NCBI GenBank assembly: GCA_020346285.1
Contig: CP070780.1
Span: 1,113,021 to 1,177,020, forward strand
Direction: 5' to 3'
DNA length: 64,000 nucleotides
Source: Candidatus Omnitrophota bacterium
GTDB taxonomy: Bacteria > Omnitrophota > Gorgyraeia > JABMRN01 > RBG-13-46-9
Numbering within the stretch: position 1 is the stretch's first letter; every line of letters starts with the position of its first letter. Both the position numbers and the translations under genes were made by a program. The notes beneath the pieces are model-generated. The model saw only the letters and a program-made list of their open reading frames with translations. It ran no database searches and was not told where the DNA came from. Below, one piece after another: positions 29,073 to 38,375 of this stretch.

Positions 29073-29759
29073 ATGCGAGAATTTAATGCGTTAAAGGGTT
29101 ATCCGCAACCGAAAGGGCCGCGTTATGTCGGAGCTGACATCAGAACAATTAAGAGCAGAATTATAGCTTCGTATCGCGATGAACGGTATTATGACGGAGA
29201 CCGCAACCACGGTTATGGAGGGTTTAAATATGACGGCCGATGGAAGAAAATAGCACAATCAATGTTTAAGGATTATGGGTTAACCGAGAACTCGGCCTTA
29301 CTCCAGATAGGGTGTGAAAAAGGGTTTCTCCTGCATGATTTTCATGAGCATTTCCCGAATATGAAAATTAGAGGAGCCGAAATGTCCGATTACGCTATTT
29401 CGCATTCCATGCCGTCGGTAAAAAAATGGATTGTAAAGATGGACAATTATACCAAGCTTCCCTTCGAAAGCGGAGAATTTGATTTTGTCATTGCTATAGG
29501 GGTAGTTTATGCCTTAACCTTAAGGGATGCTATATCTTGTCTTCGCGAAATTCAGAGAGTAGGAAAGGGCAAAAGCTTTATAACCCTGGGCGCTTATAAA
29601 GACGAACGGGGAGAAAAGCTTTTTAAGAGTTGGACGGTATTAGGTGCCACCATACTTCATGTAAATGAGTGGCCCGAGGTTTTAAAGGAAGCCCGTTACA
29701 CGGGCGATTATCACTTTATGACCGACGAATATCTAAATTTGGCAGAGAAAAACGGATGA
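29073..29759 (+). CDS. Class I SAM-dependent methyltransferase
   Basis: YYDGDRNHGYGG, IGCEKGF, LPFESGEFDFV, EIQRV. Confidence 0.8.
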   Translation: MREFNALKGYPQPKGPRYVGADIRTIKSRIIASYRDERYYDGDRNHGYGGFKYDGRWKKIAQSMFKDYGLTENSALLQIGCEKGFLLHDFHEHFPNMKIRGAEMSDYAISHSMPSVKKWIVKMDNYTKLPFESGEFDFVIAIGVVYALTLRDAISCLREIQRVGKGKSFITLGAYKDERGEKLFKSWTVLGATILHVNEWPEVLKEARYTGDYHFMTDEYLNLAEKNG

Positions 29760-29789
29760 AAAATCAGGATTTTTTAATAAAAATATTGG
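29579..29789 (+). repeat. Direct repeat copy A (methyltransferase 3' end plus next gene start); partner at 43239-43366
   Basis: 29705-29789 vs 43282-43366 match at 74/85 by manual alignment; 29579-29616 vs 43239-43276 also match. Confidence 0.85.
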
Positions 29790-30769
29790 ATAATAATAAA
29801 ATATTAAACCTAGAGTTTTATAAGAAATTATTTTTAATCAGAAGGAGTGAAGAGAAGATTATCGAGCTTTATCCTGAAAATGAAATGAGAATGCCAATGC
29901 ATATGTCTATGGGAGGAGAGGCAATAGCAGTTGGGGTTTGTCATGCTTTAGGAATAAAAGGCCAGGTTTTTGGAAGCTACAGATCCCATGCTATATATTT
30001 AGCTAAGACGCAAGATACGAATAATTTTTTTGCTGAGATATATGGAAAAACCACATCTTCATTAAAAGGAAAATGCGGCTCTATGCATTTGTGCGCACCT
30101 GATTTTGGGTTTATGGGAGCTTCAGCAATTGTAGCAAGTATAATTCCTGTAGCCTGTGGAACAGCTTTTGCAAATAAGAGAAAAAATAATGGTAAAATTG
30201 TTAGCGTATTTTTTGGAGATGGGGCCGTTGATGAGGGTAATTTTTGGGAGAGCTTGAATGTTGCCTCTCTTATGAAACTGCCGATTTTATTTGTCTGTGA
30301 AGATAACGCTCTTGCGGTTCATACTCCAAGGCACCAAAGGCAGGGTTATGATTCTATCGTTAGTATTGTCTCTAAGTTTAACTGTAATGTTCTTGAAGAG
30401 AGCACTACCGATACAGAAGTTATTTATAGAAAAACTTGCCAGGCTATTGAGTTAATTAGAACAACCCAGATGCCCTGTTTTTTGTATTTAAGATATTATA
30501 GGTACTTGGAGCATGTTGGTACTAAGGAAGATTTTGATGCCGGCTACCGCTCAAAAGAAGAATTTGAAAAATGGCATAAAAAAGACCCTGTAAATTTACA
30601 GAGGAAAAAGCTTTTAAGATTTGGGATAGAAGAAGAACAGATAAGAAAACTTGAAGTAGAGATAGAAGGTCGCATTGAGAACAGTATAAGGTTAGCCCAA
30701 AAAGCACCCTTCACTGAAATTAGCGAATTACACAGAGATGTCTTTTATGAAGAAAATAAGAAAGATTAG
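29756..30769 (+). CDS. ThDP-dependent dehydrogenase E1 alpha-like subunit
   Basis: HMSMGGEA, YRSH, GSMH, FGDGA...EDN, RYLEH, DPV. Confidence 0.9.
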   Translation: MKNQDFLIKILDNNKILNLEFYKKLFLIRRSEEKIIELYPENEMRMPMHMSMGGEAIAVGVCHALGIKGQVFGSYRSHAIYLAKTQDTNNFFAEIYGKTTSSLKGKCGSMHLCAPDFGFMGASAIVASIIPVACGTAFANKRKNNGKIVSVFFGDGAVDEGNFWESLNVASLMKLPILFVCEDNALAVHTPRHQRQGYDSIVSIVSKFNCNVLEESTTDTEVIYRKTCQAIELIRTTQMPCFLYLRYYRYLEHVGTKEDFDAGYRSKEEFEKWHKKDPVNLQRKKLLRFGIEEEQIRKLEVEIEGRIENSIRLAQKAPFTEISELHRDVFYEENKKD

Positions 30770-31799
30770 TTATTGTCAGGCATTGAATGAAGCAATGCGG
30801 CAGGAAATGGAAAGAGATCCAAATATATTTGTATATGGACTAGGTGTGCCTGACCATAAAAGAGTATTCACAACTACTGCGGGGTTGGTGGAGAAATTTG
30901 GTAAGGAAAGATGTTTTGATACCCCACTGTCTGAAGATACTATGACCGGGTTCGGATTGGGCGCGGCCATTAGCGGAATGAGGCCTATTCATATCCATAT
31001 GCGAGTTGATTTTCTTCTTCTAGCAGTAAATCAGCTTGCTAATATGGTTTCTAATTACAGATATGCAACAGCGGGGAAATTAAGAGTCCCTTTGCTAATA
31101 AGGGCTGTTGTGGGCAGGGGACGGGGACAATCTTTTCAGCATAGTAAGACTATGCATTCTATCTTTGCGCACATCCCTGGATTAAAAGTTGTTTTGCCCA
31201 CTACTCCCAGGGATGCCAAAGGGCTACTTATAGCAGCTATCAGGGATGAGAATCCAGTAATTTTTATAGAACATAGATGGTTATATTTTGCGGTTGACGA
31301 AGTTCCAGAACTACCATATACCATCCCTTTGGAAGAAGCTAATATTCTGCGTTCAGGCAGAGATGTTACAGTGGTGGCAACTTCGTGGATGAATGTAGAG
31401 GCCTTAAAAGCTGCACAGGTTCTTGAACGAAAGCACAAGATAAGCGTAGAAGTGATCGACGCCAGAATAGTAGCTCCCTTCAATGATAAGCTTATTGTTC
31501 ACTCCGTCAATAAGACAGGACATTGTATTGTGGCGGACAATGATTGGCTTGATTGCGGATTTAGTGCAGAAGTAGCTGCTCGAGTTTCAGAGAAGTGTTT
31601 CAGTCAATTAAAATCCCCTGTGCAGCGAATAGGATTTGCTCCCACTCCCTGCCCTTGCACAAAGTCTTTGGAGAATTGTTTTTATCCAAACGCAATTGAC
31701 ATTATAAAAACTATAGAATCAAAGTTAAACTTGGAAGAGGCAGATTTGTCTAATGAAGACTTTTATGGCTTTGAAAATAAGTTCAACGGTCCTTTTTAA
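30747..31799 (+). CDS. ThDP-dependent dehydrogenase E1 beta-like subunit
   Basis: FDTPLSE, GMRPI, QHS, IPGLKV, PVIFIEHRWLY. Confidence 0.9.
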   Translation: MKKIRKISYCQALNEAMRQEMERDPNIFVYGLGVPDHKRVFTTTAGLVEKFGKERCFDTPLSEDTMTGFGLGAAISGMRPIHIHMRVDFLLLAVNQLANMVSNYRYATAGKLRVPLLIRAVVGRGRGQSFQHSKTMHSIFAHIPGLKVVLPTTPRDAKGLLIAAIRDENPVIFIEHRWLYFAVDEVPELPYTIPLEEANILRSGRDVTVVATSWMNVEALKAAQVLERKHKISVEVIDARIVAPFNDKLIVHSVNKTGHCIVADNDWLDCGFSAEVAARVSEKCFSQLKSPVQRIGFAPTPCPCTKSLENCFYPNAIDIIKTIESKLNLEEADLSNEDFYGFENKFNGPF

Positions 31800-31832
31800 G
31801 TGGTAGTTGCGTTATAAAATTTTGAGGTGGTT

Positions 31833-32612
31833 ATGAATTTTGGTATTAGCGATAAAAGGGTTTTAGTCGTAGGAACCGGCAAGGGCATCGGGGGGGCTGT
31901 TGCAAGGGCTTTTGCGGCTGAAGGTTGCAGGGTGTCAATGGTAGCCCGTAATCCAGACACGCTAAAACAGCTTCTTGAGGAGATGGGTGGTCTTGAGAAA
32001 GGCCACAGGTTCCTGACGGCAGATTTGCTGGAAGCTGGTGCACCGACAAGAGTTGTAAAAGAGTTTTCGAGCGCGGATGGCCCATTTGATATAGTCGTCC
32101 ATAATGTAGGGGGCGCAATAACGCTTAAAGATCCTCTTGGTCCGGTTGAAGACTGGATGCGCGTATGGCGGTTTAATGTTGGCATCGCCATTGAGATGAA
32201 TGCCCTTTTGGTGCCACCCATGCGGAAACAAGGCTGGGGGCGGGTCATTCACATTTCGTCAATTTCCGCAGAGTTAGGAGAGCCGCGGCTGCATCCTTAT
32301 GGGGGTGCGCTTTCCTATGCGGCGGCAAAAGCATATCTCAACGTATATGTAAGGGGATTAGGCCGCGAAGTAGCAAAGGAAAATGTTATAGTTACTGCAT
32401 TGATGCCCGGACCGATTCTTTCCGAAGGAAAATACGTGGATAAGCTCCGTAAGACGAATCCTGAACTTATGAATAACTTCTTACGTCAACACTGCCCGAT
32501 CGGACGTTTCGGGATGCCTGAAGAGATTGCACCTTTCGCAGTCTTCATGGCCTCGGAGCAAGCCTCTTATGCCAGTGGTTCCATTGTACCGATCGACGGT
32601 GGAAGAATATGA
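31833..32612 (+). CDS. Classical SDR oxidoreductase
   Basis: GTGKGIG, HNVGG, ISS, YAAAK, IDGG. Confidence 0.9.
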   Translation: MNFGISDKRVLVVGTGKGIGGAVARAFAAEGCRVSMVARNPDTLKQLLEEMGGLEKGHRFLTADLLEAGAPTRVVKEFSSADGPFDIVVHNVGGAITLKDPLGPVEDWMRVWRFNVGIAIEMNALLVPPMRKQGWGRVIHISSISAELGEPRLHPYGGALSYAAAKAYLNVYVRGLGREVAKENVIVTALMPGPILSEGKYVDKLRKTNPELMNNFLRQHCPIGRFGMPEEIAPFAVFMASEQASYASGSIVPIDGGRI

Positions 32613-32630
32613 TAGTGTGGAAGAAAAAGC

Positions 32631-33848
32631 ATGGGAATATTGTCAAAAATCACTGATCTACTTTTAGGACAGCCGATGTTCAATCTTCTCCAGAAAGCTC
32701 AAAAAATGGAGATATCCGGAAGAAGAATCATTCACTATGAGATAGGCGATCCGAGCTTTGACTCTCCTCCCCATGCTATTGAAGCGGCAAAAGAAGCTCT
32801 CGACGCAAACTTAACGCATTATACAAGTTCCATGGGGCTTTTCGAATATAGAGAAGCGATTAGAGAATACACAAAGGCCAACTCTGGTTTTAAACCCTCC
32901 ATAGATCAGGTTCTGGCCTGCCCTGCTAATGCTGTGATTGATTTTGTTATACGCTGCACAGCTAATCCTGGCGAGGAGGTTATTTATCCCGACCCAGGTT
33001 TTCCTACTTATTATTCTGCTATTACTTATAATAAGGCGATACCAGTAGGTATTTTATTAAAGGAAGAGAATATGTTTCGGATGAGCCCTCGAGATGTCCA
33101 CGATAAAATAACCGATAAGACTAGATTAATTATCATTAACAGCCCCCAAAATCCTACAGGTGCTGTTTTGAAAGAAGAGGAGATTCTTGAATTTGCCAGA
33201 ATCGCGGAGGAACATGATATTTACCTCTTAAGCGATGAGGTCTATGCAAAGCTTACTTATGATAAAGCTCATTATTCGCCGAGCGTAAGAGATCAATGTA
33301 AGGCAAGAACCATTATTTTAAACAGTCTTTCGAAACAATATTCGATGGCGGGCTGGCGCTTGGGTTATGCTATCGGCCCTGAGAAACTAATAGAAAAAAT
33401 GGGATTACTTCTGCAAACAATAATCTCGTGTCTACCGGCCTTTACACAACTTGGAGGCAGGGCTGCGCTTCTGGGCAATCAAGAGTTTATGGATGCCAGG
33501 ATTGCCATGTTGAGAGAAAGGCGCGATATATTAACCGAAGGGCTTAATAAACTTCCCGGGGTCTCATGCGTTGTACCGGATGGGGCATTTTATGTTTTCG
33601 CCAATATAAGTAAAACTGGGATAACTTCAGAGGAATATTCAGAGAAACTTTTGCAAGAGACCGGTGTCTGTGTACTAGCCGGTAATTATTTTGGAAAAGG
33701 CGGAAGTGGATACATTAGATTATGTTATGCCAGTTCGCCGATCAGCCTTATTGAAGAAACGCTTGAGAAGATGAAAGAATTCCATGAAAAAATTGTTTGT
33801 AATTCTGGATTAGTTTGTTCTGGAGGGGAAAATGCAAAGACTTACTGA
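32631..33848 (+). CDS. Class I/II PLP aminotransferase (aspartate aminotransferase-like)
   Basis: IGDP, NSPQNPTG, SDEVY, SLSKQYSMAGWRLG, GAFY. Confidence 0.9.
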   Translation: MGILSKITDLLLGQPMFNLLQKAQKMEISGRRIIHYEIGDPSFDSPPHAIEAAKEALDANLTHYTSSMGLFEYREAIREYTKANSGFKPSIDQVLACPANAVIDFVIRCTANPGEEVIYPDPGFPTYYSAITYNKAIPVGILLKEENMFRMSPRDVHDKITDKTRLIIINSPQNPTGAVLKEEEILEFARIAEEHDIYLLSDEVYAKLTYDKAHYSPSVRDQCKARTIILNSLSKQYSMAGWRLGYAIGPEKLIEKMGLLLQTIISCLPAFTQLGGRAALLGNQEFMDARIAMLRERRDILTEGLNKLPGVSCVVPDGAFYVFANISKTGITSEEYSEKLLQETGVCVLAGNYFGKGGSGYIRLCYASSPISLIEETLEKMKEFHEKIVCNSGLVCSGGENAKTY

Positions 33849-35520
33849 TTATATCGCTCAATTTCTTATCGGTCAAGGCGTTAGAGATATTTTTATGCTT
33901 ACGGGCTATGGTGCAATGTATCTCAACGATGCTATTGCCCTATCGGGTATTAACTATTATGCTTCTCGAAATGAAGCAGCAGCCCCTATGATGGCTGAGG
34001 CCTATGCTCGTGTGAAACAATCGTTGGGGGCAGTATGCGTAACAGCAGGCCCGGGAGCAACAAATGCGGTATCAGGCTTAGCGGAGGCTTGGGTTGATTC
34101 AGCTCCGATAATAGTATTTTCAGGACAAGTTACAAGGAGGCACACTACCCATAACGCCAATGTTCCAGGCCTTAGGACTTTTGGAACGGCTGAGATTAAT
34201 ATTGTACCGATTGTAAAAAACCTAACCAAATATGCCGCTGTCATCGACGAACCCACGTCGGTGCGTTATCATCTCGAAAAAGCCGTTTATTATGCTACCA
34301 CAGGTCGTCCCGGCCCGGTATGGCTGGATATTCCATTAGATGTCCAACAGGCATTAATTGATCCAAGCAGTTTAGATGGTTTTATACCGCCTAAAGAACG
34401 ATGGTTTAATACGAATCTGACCGCTGCTACTAATTCTGTTATTAAGTTGCTTTTACGCGCTAAACGCCCTGTCCTTGTATGTGGTCATGGTATTCGCCAG
34501 GGGGGTGCAATTTCTGAGTGGCGGAACTTAGTTGATTTGCTCAATATGCCAGTTATATTTTCACGCTTGGGCCTGGATTTGATGCCACATTCTCACCCGA
34601 ACGTATTTGGAATGGCGGGAATTAAGGGTTCACGTTACTGTAAGTTCCTCATGAATGAGGCGGACTTGGTGATTTCGTTAGGGTCTCGCCTTGCTGTACC
34701 CTTTGTAGGTCATGACTTAGAGGCTTTTGCGCCCGGCGCAAAGATAGTGATGGTAGATATTGATAAAGCTGAGTTAAGCAAGCCAGGCGTCCATATTGAT
34801 TTACCTATTCATGCGGACATAAAACCATTTACCCAGGAATTACTCAAGGCCATTGATAACGAAAAACTACCAGACTGGGGAGGGTGGATTGAGTCTTGTC
34901 GAGAACTCACTCGGAAGTGCCCCATATTATCAGCATCTCAAAAACGAAATCCAATCGACTTATACTATTTTATGTCACGGATTGATGCGCTTTCCCAAAA
35001 ACATCACATTCTGGTGACAGATGCCGGTTCCAATTATTATGTAGGAGGCCAGGTATGGCGATTCGAGAATGCTCGGCGTGAGATTACTTCATCTGCTTAT
35101 GCCGCCATGGGCTTGAGTATTCCACTTGCGATAGGTGCAAGCATCGCAGATAAAAAAAGCCAAGTCCTGGCTATTACAGGAGATGGTTCGTTAGAGTTAA
35201 ATATCCAAGAGCTTAAGACCCTATCCCATTATAATTTGAACATCAAACTGTTTGTTATTAATAACGGCGGCTATGTCTCAATGAGAAATTGGCAGGATAC
35301 TGTCTTTGAGGGGCGCCGTATCGACACGGAAGCAACGACCGGCGCCGGAACTTTAAATCTTAGGAAAGTAGCCGAGGCCTTCAATCTCGATTATTTAAAA
35401 ATTGAGAAACATGAAGAGATCGATGAAAAGTTGAAACAAGTGATGAGCAATGATTCTCCTATATTTGTAGAAGTAATTACTGATTATAACCAGAAAATAT
35501 TAGAGCCTTTCGATAGATAA
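33832..35520 (+). CDS. Second ThDP-binding acetolactate synthase-like enzyme
   Basis: NEAAA, TAGPGATN, GRPGPVWLDIP, AMGLSIP, GDGS...NNGGY. Confidence 0.85.
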   Translation: MQRLTDYIAQFLIGQGVRDIFMLTGYGAMYLNDAIALSGINYYASRNEAAAPMMAEAYARVKQSLGAVCVTAGPGATNAVSGLAEAWVDSAPIIVFSGQVTRRHTTHNANVPGLRTFGTAEINIVPIVKNLTKYAAVIDEPTSVRYHLEKAVYYATTGRPGPVWLDIPLDVQQALIDPSSLDGFIPPKERWFNTNLTAATNSVIKLLLRAKRPVLVCGHGIRQGGAISEWRNLVDLLNMPVIFSRLGLDLMPHSHPNVFGMAGIKGSRYCKFLMNEADLVISLGSRLAVPFVGHDLEAFAPGAKIVMVDIDKAELSKPGVHIDLPIHADIKPFTQELLKAIDNEKLPDWGGWIESCRELTRKCPILSASQKRNPIDLYYFMSRIDALSQKHHILVTDAGSNYYVGGQVWRFENARREITSSAYAAMGLSIPLAIGASIADKKSQVLAITGDGSLELNIQELKTLSHYNLNIKLFVINNGGYVSMRNWQDTVFEGRRIDTEATTGAGTLNLRKVAEAFNLDYLKIEKHEEIDEKLKQVMSNDSPIFVEVITDYNQKILEPFDR

Positions 35521-35540
35521 CAAAATAGAGGAATTTCCCG

Positions 35541-36368
35541 ATGCAAGAAAAAGTGCAAATGCTAAAGAAAAAAGCAAGGTGGGTGCGAACCAAGGTTCTA
35601 AATACCATAGCCAGACTAAGAAAGGGTCATCTCGGAGGTACCTTATCCTGTACGGACCTTTTGGTGGCCTTATATTACGGGAAAATCATGAGATTCGATG
35701 CTGCTAATCCAAATTGGAGCGAAAGAGACAGATTTCTTATAGGGAAAGGGCATGCCCATCTTGCCTTATATTATATATGGACTGACCTCGGATTTTTTGA
35801 TGTTCGCAAATTAGAAGAATATGGAACCGACGGTAGCTCATTAGGTTTTCAACTCGATCGTAACATTCCGGGTTCAGAATATAATACAGGTTCATTAGGA
35901 CATGTGATTGGAATCGGAGCTGGAATGGCATTAGCCGCAAAGATGGATCGCAAGGCCTATAAGACCATTGTTCTTGTCGGTGATGGGGAATGTGATGAAG
36001 GTTCTATCTGGGAAGCGGTCATGTTTGCGAGCCGATATCGATTGAATAATTTAATGACCATTGTTGATAGAAATCAGGCAACAGTCATTGAAAATAGAGT
36101 GGAAGACGATGGTTCCGGGAGATTAGAGGAAAAGTTCAAAATGTGCGGTTGGGAGTCTATAACTATCAACGGGCACTCCTTTGAGCAGATACTGTCCGCT
36201 TTCACTGGATTGGAAAAATTCAATAGGCCCCTGGCGATAATTGCCGATACGGTGAAGGGTAAAGGGGCCTCTTTTTTGGAGCAAGGGGCTAAATGGCACC
36301 ATTTGGTTCCTTCTGCAGAAGAATTTGATAGGGTAATTAGGGAGTTTGAATTGGAGGCTGAAACGTGA
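35541..36368 (+). CDS. Transketolase, N-terminal subunit
   Basis: GHLGG, DRFLIGKGH, TGSLGH, GDGECDEG...N, TVKGKG, WHH. Confidence 0.9.
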   Translation: MQEKVQMLKKKARWVRTKVLNTIARLRKGHLGGTLSCTDLLVALYYGKIMRFDAANPNWSERDRFLIGKGHAHLALYYIWTDLGFFDVRKLEEYGTDGSSLGFQLDRNIPGSEYNTGSLGHVIGIGAGMALAAKMDRKAYKTIVLVGDGECDEGSIWEAVMFASRYRLNNLMTIVDRNQATVIENRVEDDGSGRLEEKFKMCGWESITINGHSFEQILSAFTGLEKFNRPLAIIADTVKGKGASFLEQGAKWHHLVPSAEEFDRVIREFELEAET

Positions 36369-37300
36369 AAAATGCAATTGATTTTAGAAATGCTTTTTTT
36401 GATAACTTATATGACATAGCTATAAAAAATAAGGAGGTTGTTTTCATAACATCTGATATGCCTGCAGAAAGCCTCGTCAAATACAATAAGGATTTCCCTG
36501 ACCGATTCATTAATAGCAGGGTTGCTGAACAGAACACGGTGAGTGTAGCAGCGGGGCTTGCACTAAGCGGAAAAAAAGTTTTCATTTATGGTATGTTACC
36601 TTTTGTAACAATGCGTTGTTATGAACAGATTAAGGTTGATATTTGTAGTATGAATTTACCCGTTACTCTTATAGGGCTGGGAGCAGGATTATCCTTTGAT
36701 GTGGATGGGCCAACCGCCCATGGAGTTATTGACATTGCTATTATGCGCTCACTACCTGAAATGACCATTCTCAATCCTTCCGACCCTATTACGGCATCTG
36801 CCTTTGCAGAAACTGCATACAGTAGTTGCACTCCCACCTATATTCGGCTGCACAAAGGTAGAACCCCATCTATTTATGATAATGCTACAGATTTCTCAGA
36901 TGGATTCTCTATACTTAAAAATGGCGATGATCTTTGTATTATTACAACAGGGGTCATGCTGCATACTGCTCTTCGCATAAGAGATGAACTAAAAAGGTAT
37001 TCTCTTGATGCGGGTGTTATTGATTTATATCAATTGAAACCAATTAAAGAAGACTTGTTCCTTAAAGCGTTAACTAACCATAAAAAAATAGTGACCATTG
37101 AAGAGCATTCACTTATTGGGGGACTTGGCAGTATCATCAGTGAAATCATAACCGACAATCAGCGGCCGATTTCACTCAAGCGCATTGCACTTAAAGATGA
37201 ACAGTGTTTTCATTATGGTAAGAGAGAGTGGCTACGCGAGGTGTATAAAGTTGATGCAGATAGTATTGTTAAGCAAATTATAGCATGGGAGAAGAAGTAG
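36365..37300 (+). CDS. Transketolase, C-terminal subunit
   Basis: VAEQN, RCYEQIK, GPTAH, YIRL, TIEEH..GGLG. Confidence 0.9.
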   Translation: MKNAIDFRNAFFDNLYDIAIKNKEVVFITSDMPAESLVKYNKDFPDRFINSRVAEQNTVSVAAGLALSGKKVFIYGMLPFVTMRCYEQIKVDICSMNLPVTLIGLGAGLSFDVDGPTAHGVIDIAIMRSLPEMTILNPSDPITASAFAETAYSSCTPTYIRLHKGRTPSIYDNATDFSDGFSILKNGDDLCIITTGVMLHTALRIRDELKRYSLDAGVIDLYQLKPIKEDLFLKALTNHKKIVTIEEHSLIGGLGSIISEIITDNQRPISLKRIALKDEQCFHYGKREWLREVYKVDADSIVKQIIAWEKK

Positions 37301-37301
37301 C

Positions 37302-38372
37302 ATGGGCCTTGTATATGCAAAAATGAAAATATTCCATTTTAAAGACAAAGTAGATTCTCTGTCAATAACAAAAGATGAAATATTGCCTCCCATACAGATA
37401 AGAATCAAACCGACGAATGTCTGCAATCATAACTGTTCCTATTGCTCATACAAGATAGATAACGTACAGATCGGTAAGGACATAGTGGCGAAGGACCGAA
37501 TCCCCAGGGAAAAGATGATGGAAATAATGGATGATATTATTGACATGCAGGTTGAGTGCGTTACCTTTAGCGGGGGAGGGGAGCCGTTCTGCTATCCTTA
37601 TTTGCTTGAGGCCGTTAAGAGGTTGTCCAGTACGCCTGTCAAATTCGCGACCCTGACGAACGGCTCAAAATTAGACGGAGAACTGGCAGAGGTCTTTGCC
37701 CACAAGGCCACATGGCTTAGGGTTTCCATAGATGGGTGGGATGACGAAAGCTATTCTGCCTACAGGGGCGTACCCAAGGGGGAATTCACAAAGGTAATCA
37801 GAAACATAGAGAATTTCAAGAAATATAGAGGAAAATGTTATTTGGGAGCCTGTATAGTTATCGATAAGAAAAACGCCTCTCATGTGTATGAATTGATAGC
37901 GCGGTTAAAAGATAGCGGTATTGACAGCGTCAAGATTGCGCCGTCTATTCTGAGTAATAGCAGTACGGAAATCAATCTATATCACAAACCCATATTTGAA
38001 CAAGTTAAAAGAGAAATTGCTAAAGCATCAGATGAACTTTCAGAGGAAGTGTTTGAGATATTCGACTCATATCATAGCCAGCTCGAAGGCTTTGAAAAAG
38101 GATATACCTGGTGCCCATATCTTCAGATATTGCCTGTTATCGGCGCAGACCTTAATGTATATTCCTGCCACGACAAGGCATATAATCTCGATGAAGGGCT
38201 TATGGGTTCCATTAAAAATCGCCGATTCAAAGATTTTTGGCTTTCGGACAAGAATAAATTTTTTAAAATAGACCCCTCTCGCCATTGCAACCACCATTGT
38301 GTGGTAGATATGAAAAATAGACTTATCCTGGACTATTTGGATGCAGATAAAGGACATTTAGGGTTTGTTTAA
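37302..38372 (+). CDS. Radical SAM/SPASM-like protein
   Basis: CNHNCSYC, SGGGEP, TNG, CPY...VYSC...C..HC. Confidence 0.9.
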   Translation: MGLVYAKMKIFHFKDKVDSLSITKDEILPPIQIRIKPTNVCNHNCSYCSYKIDNVQIGKDIVAKDRIPREKMMEIMDDIIDMQVECVTFSGGGEPFCYPYLLEAVKRLSSTPVKFATLTNGSKLDGELAEVFAHKATWLRVSIDGWDDESYSAYRGVPKGEFTKVIRNIENFKKYRGKCYLGACIVIDKKNASHVYELIARLKDSGIDSVKIAPSILSNSSTEINLYHKPIFEQVKREIAKASDELSEEVFEIFDSYHSQLEGFEKGYTWCPYLQILPVIGADLNVYSCHDKAYNLDEGLMGSIKNRRFKDFWLSDKNKFFKIDPSRHCNHHCVVDMKNRLILDYLDADKGHLGFV

Positions 38373-38375
38373 TCG

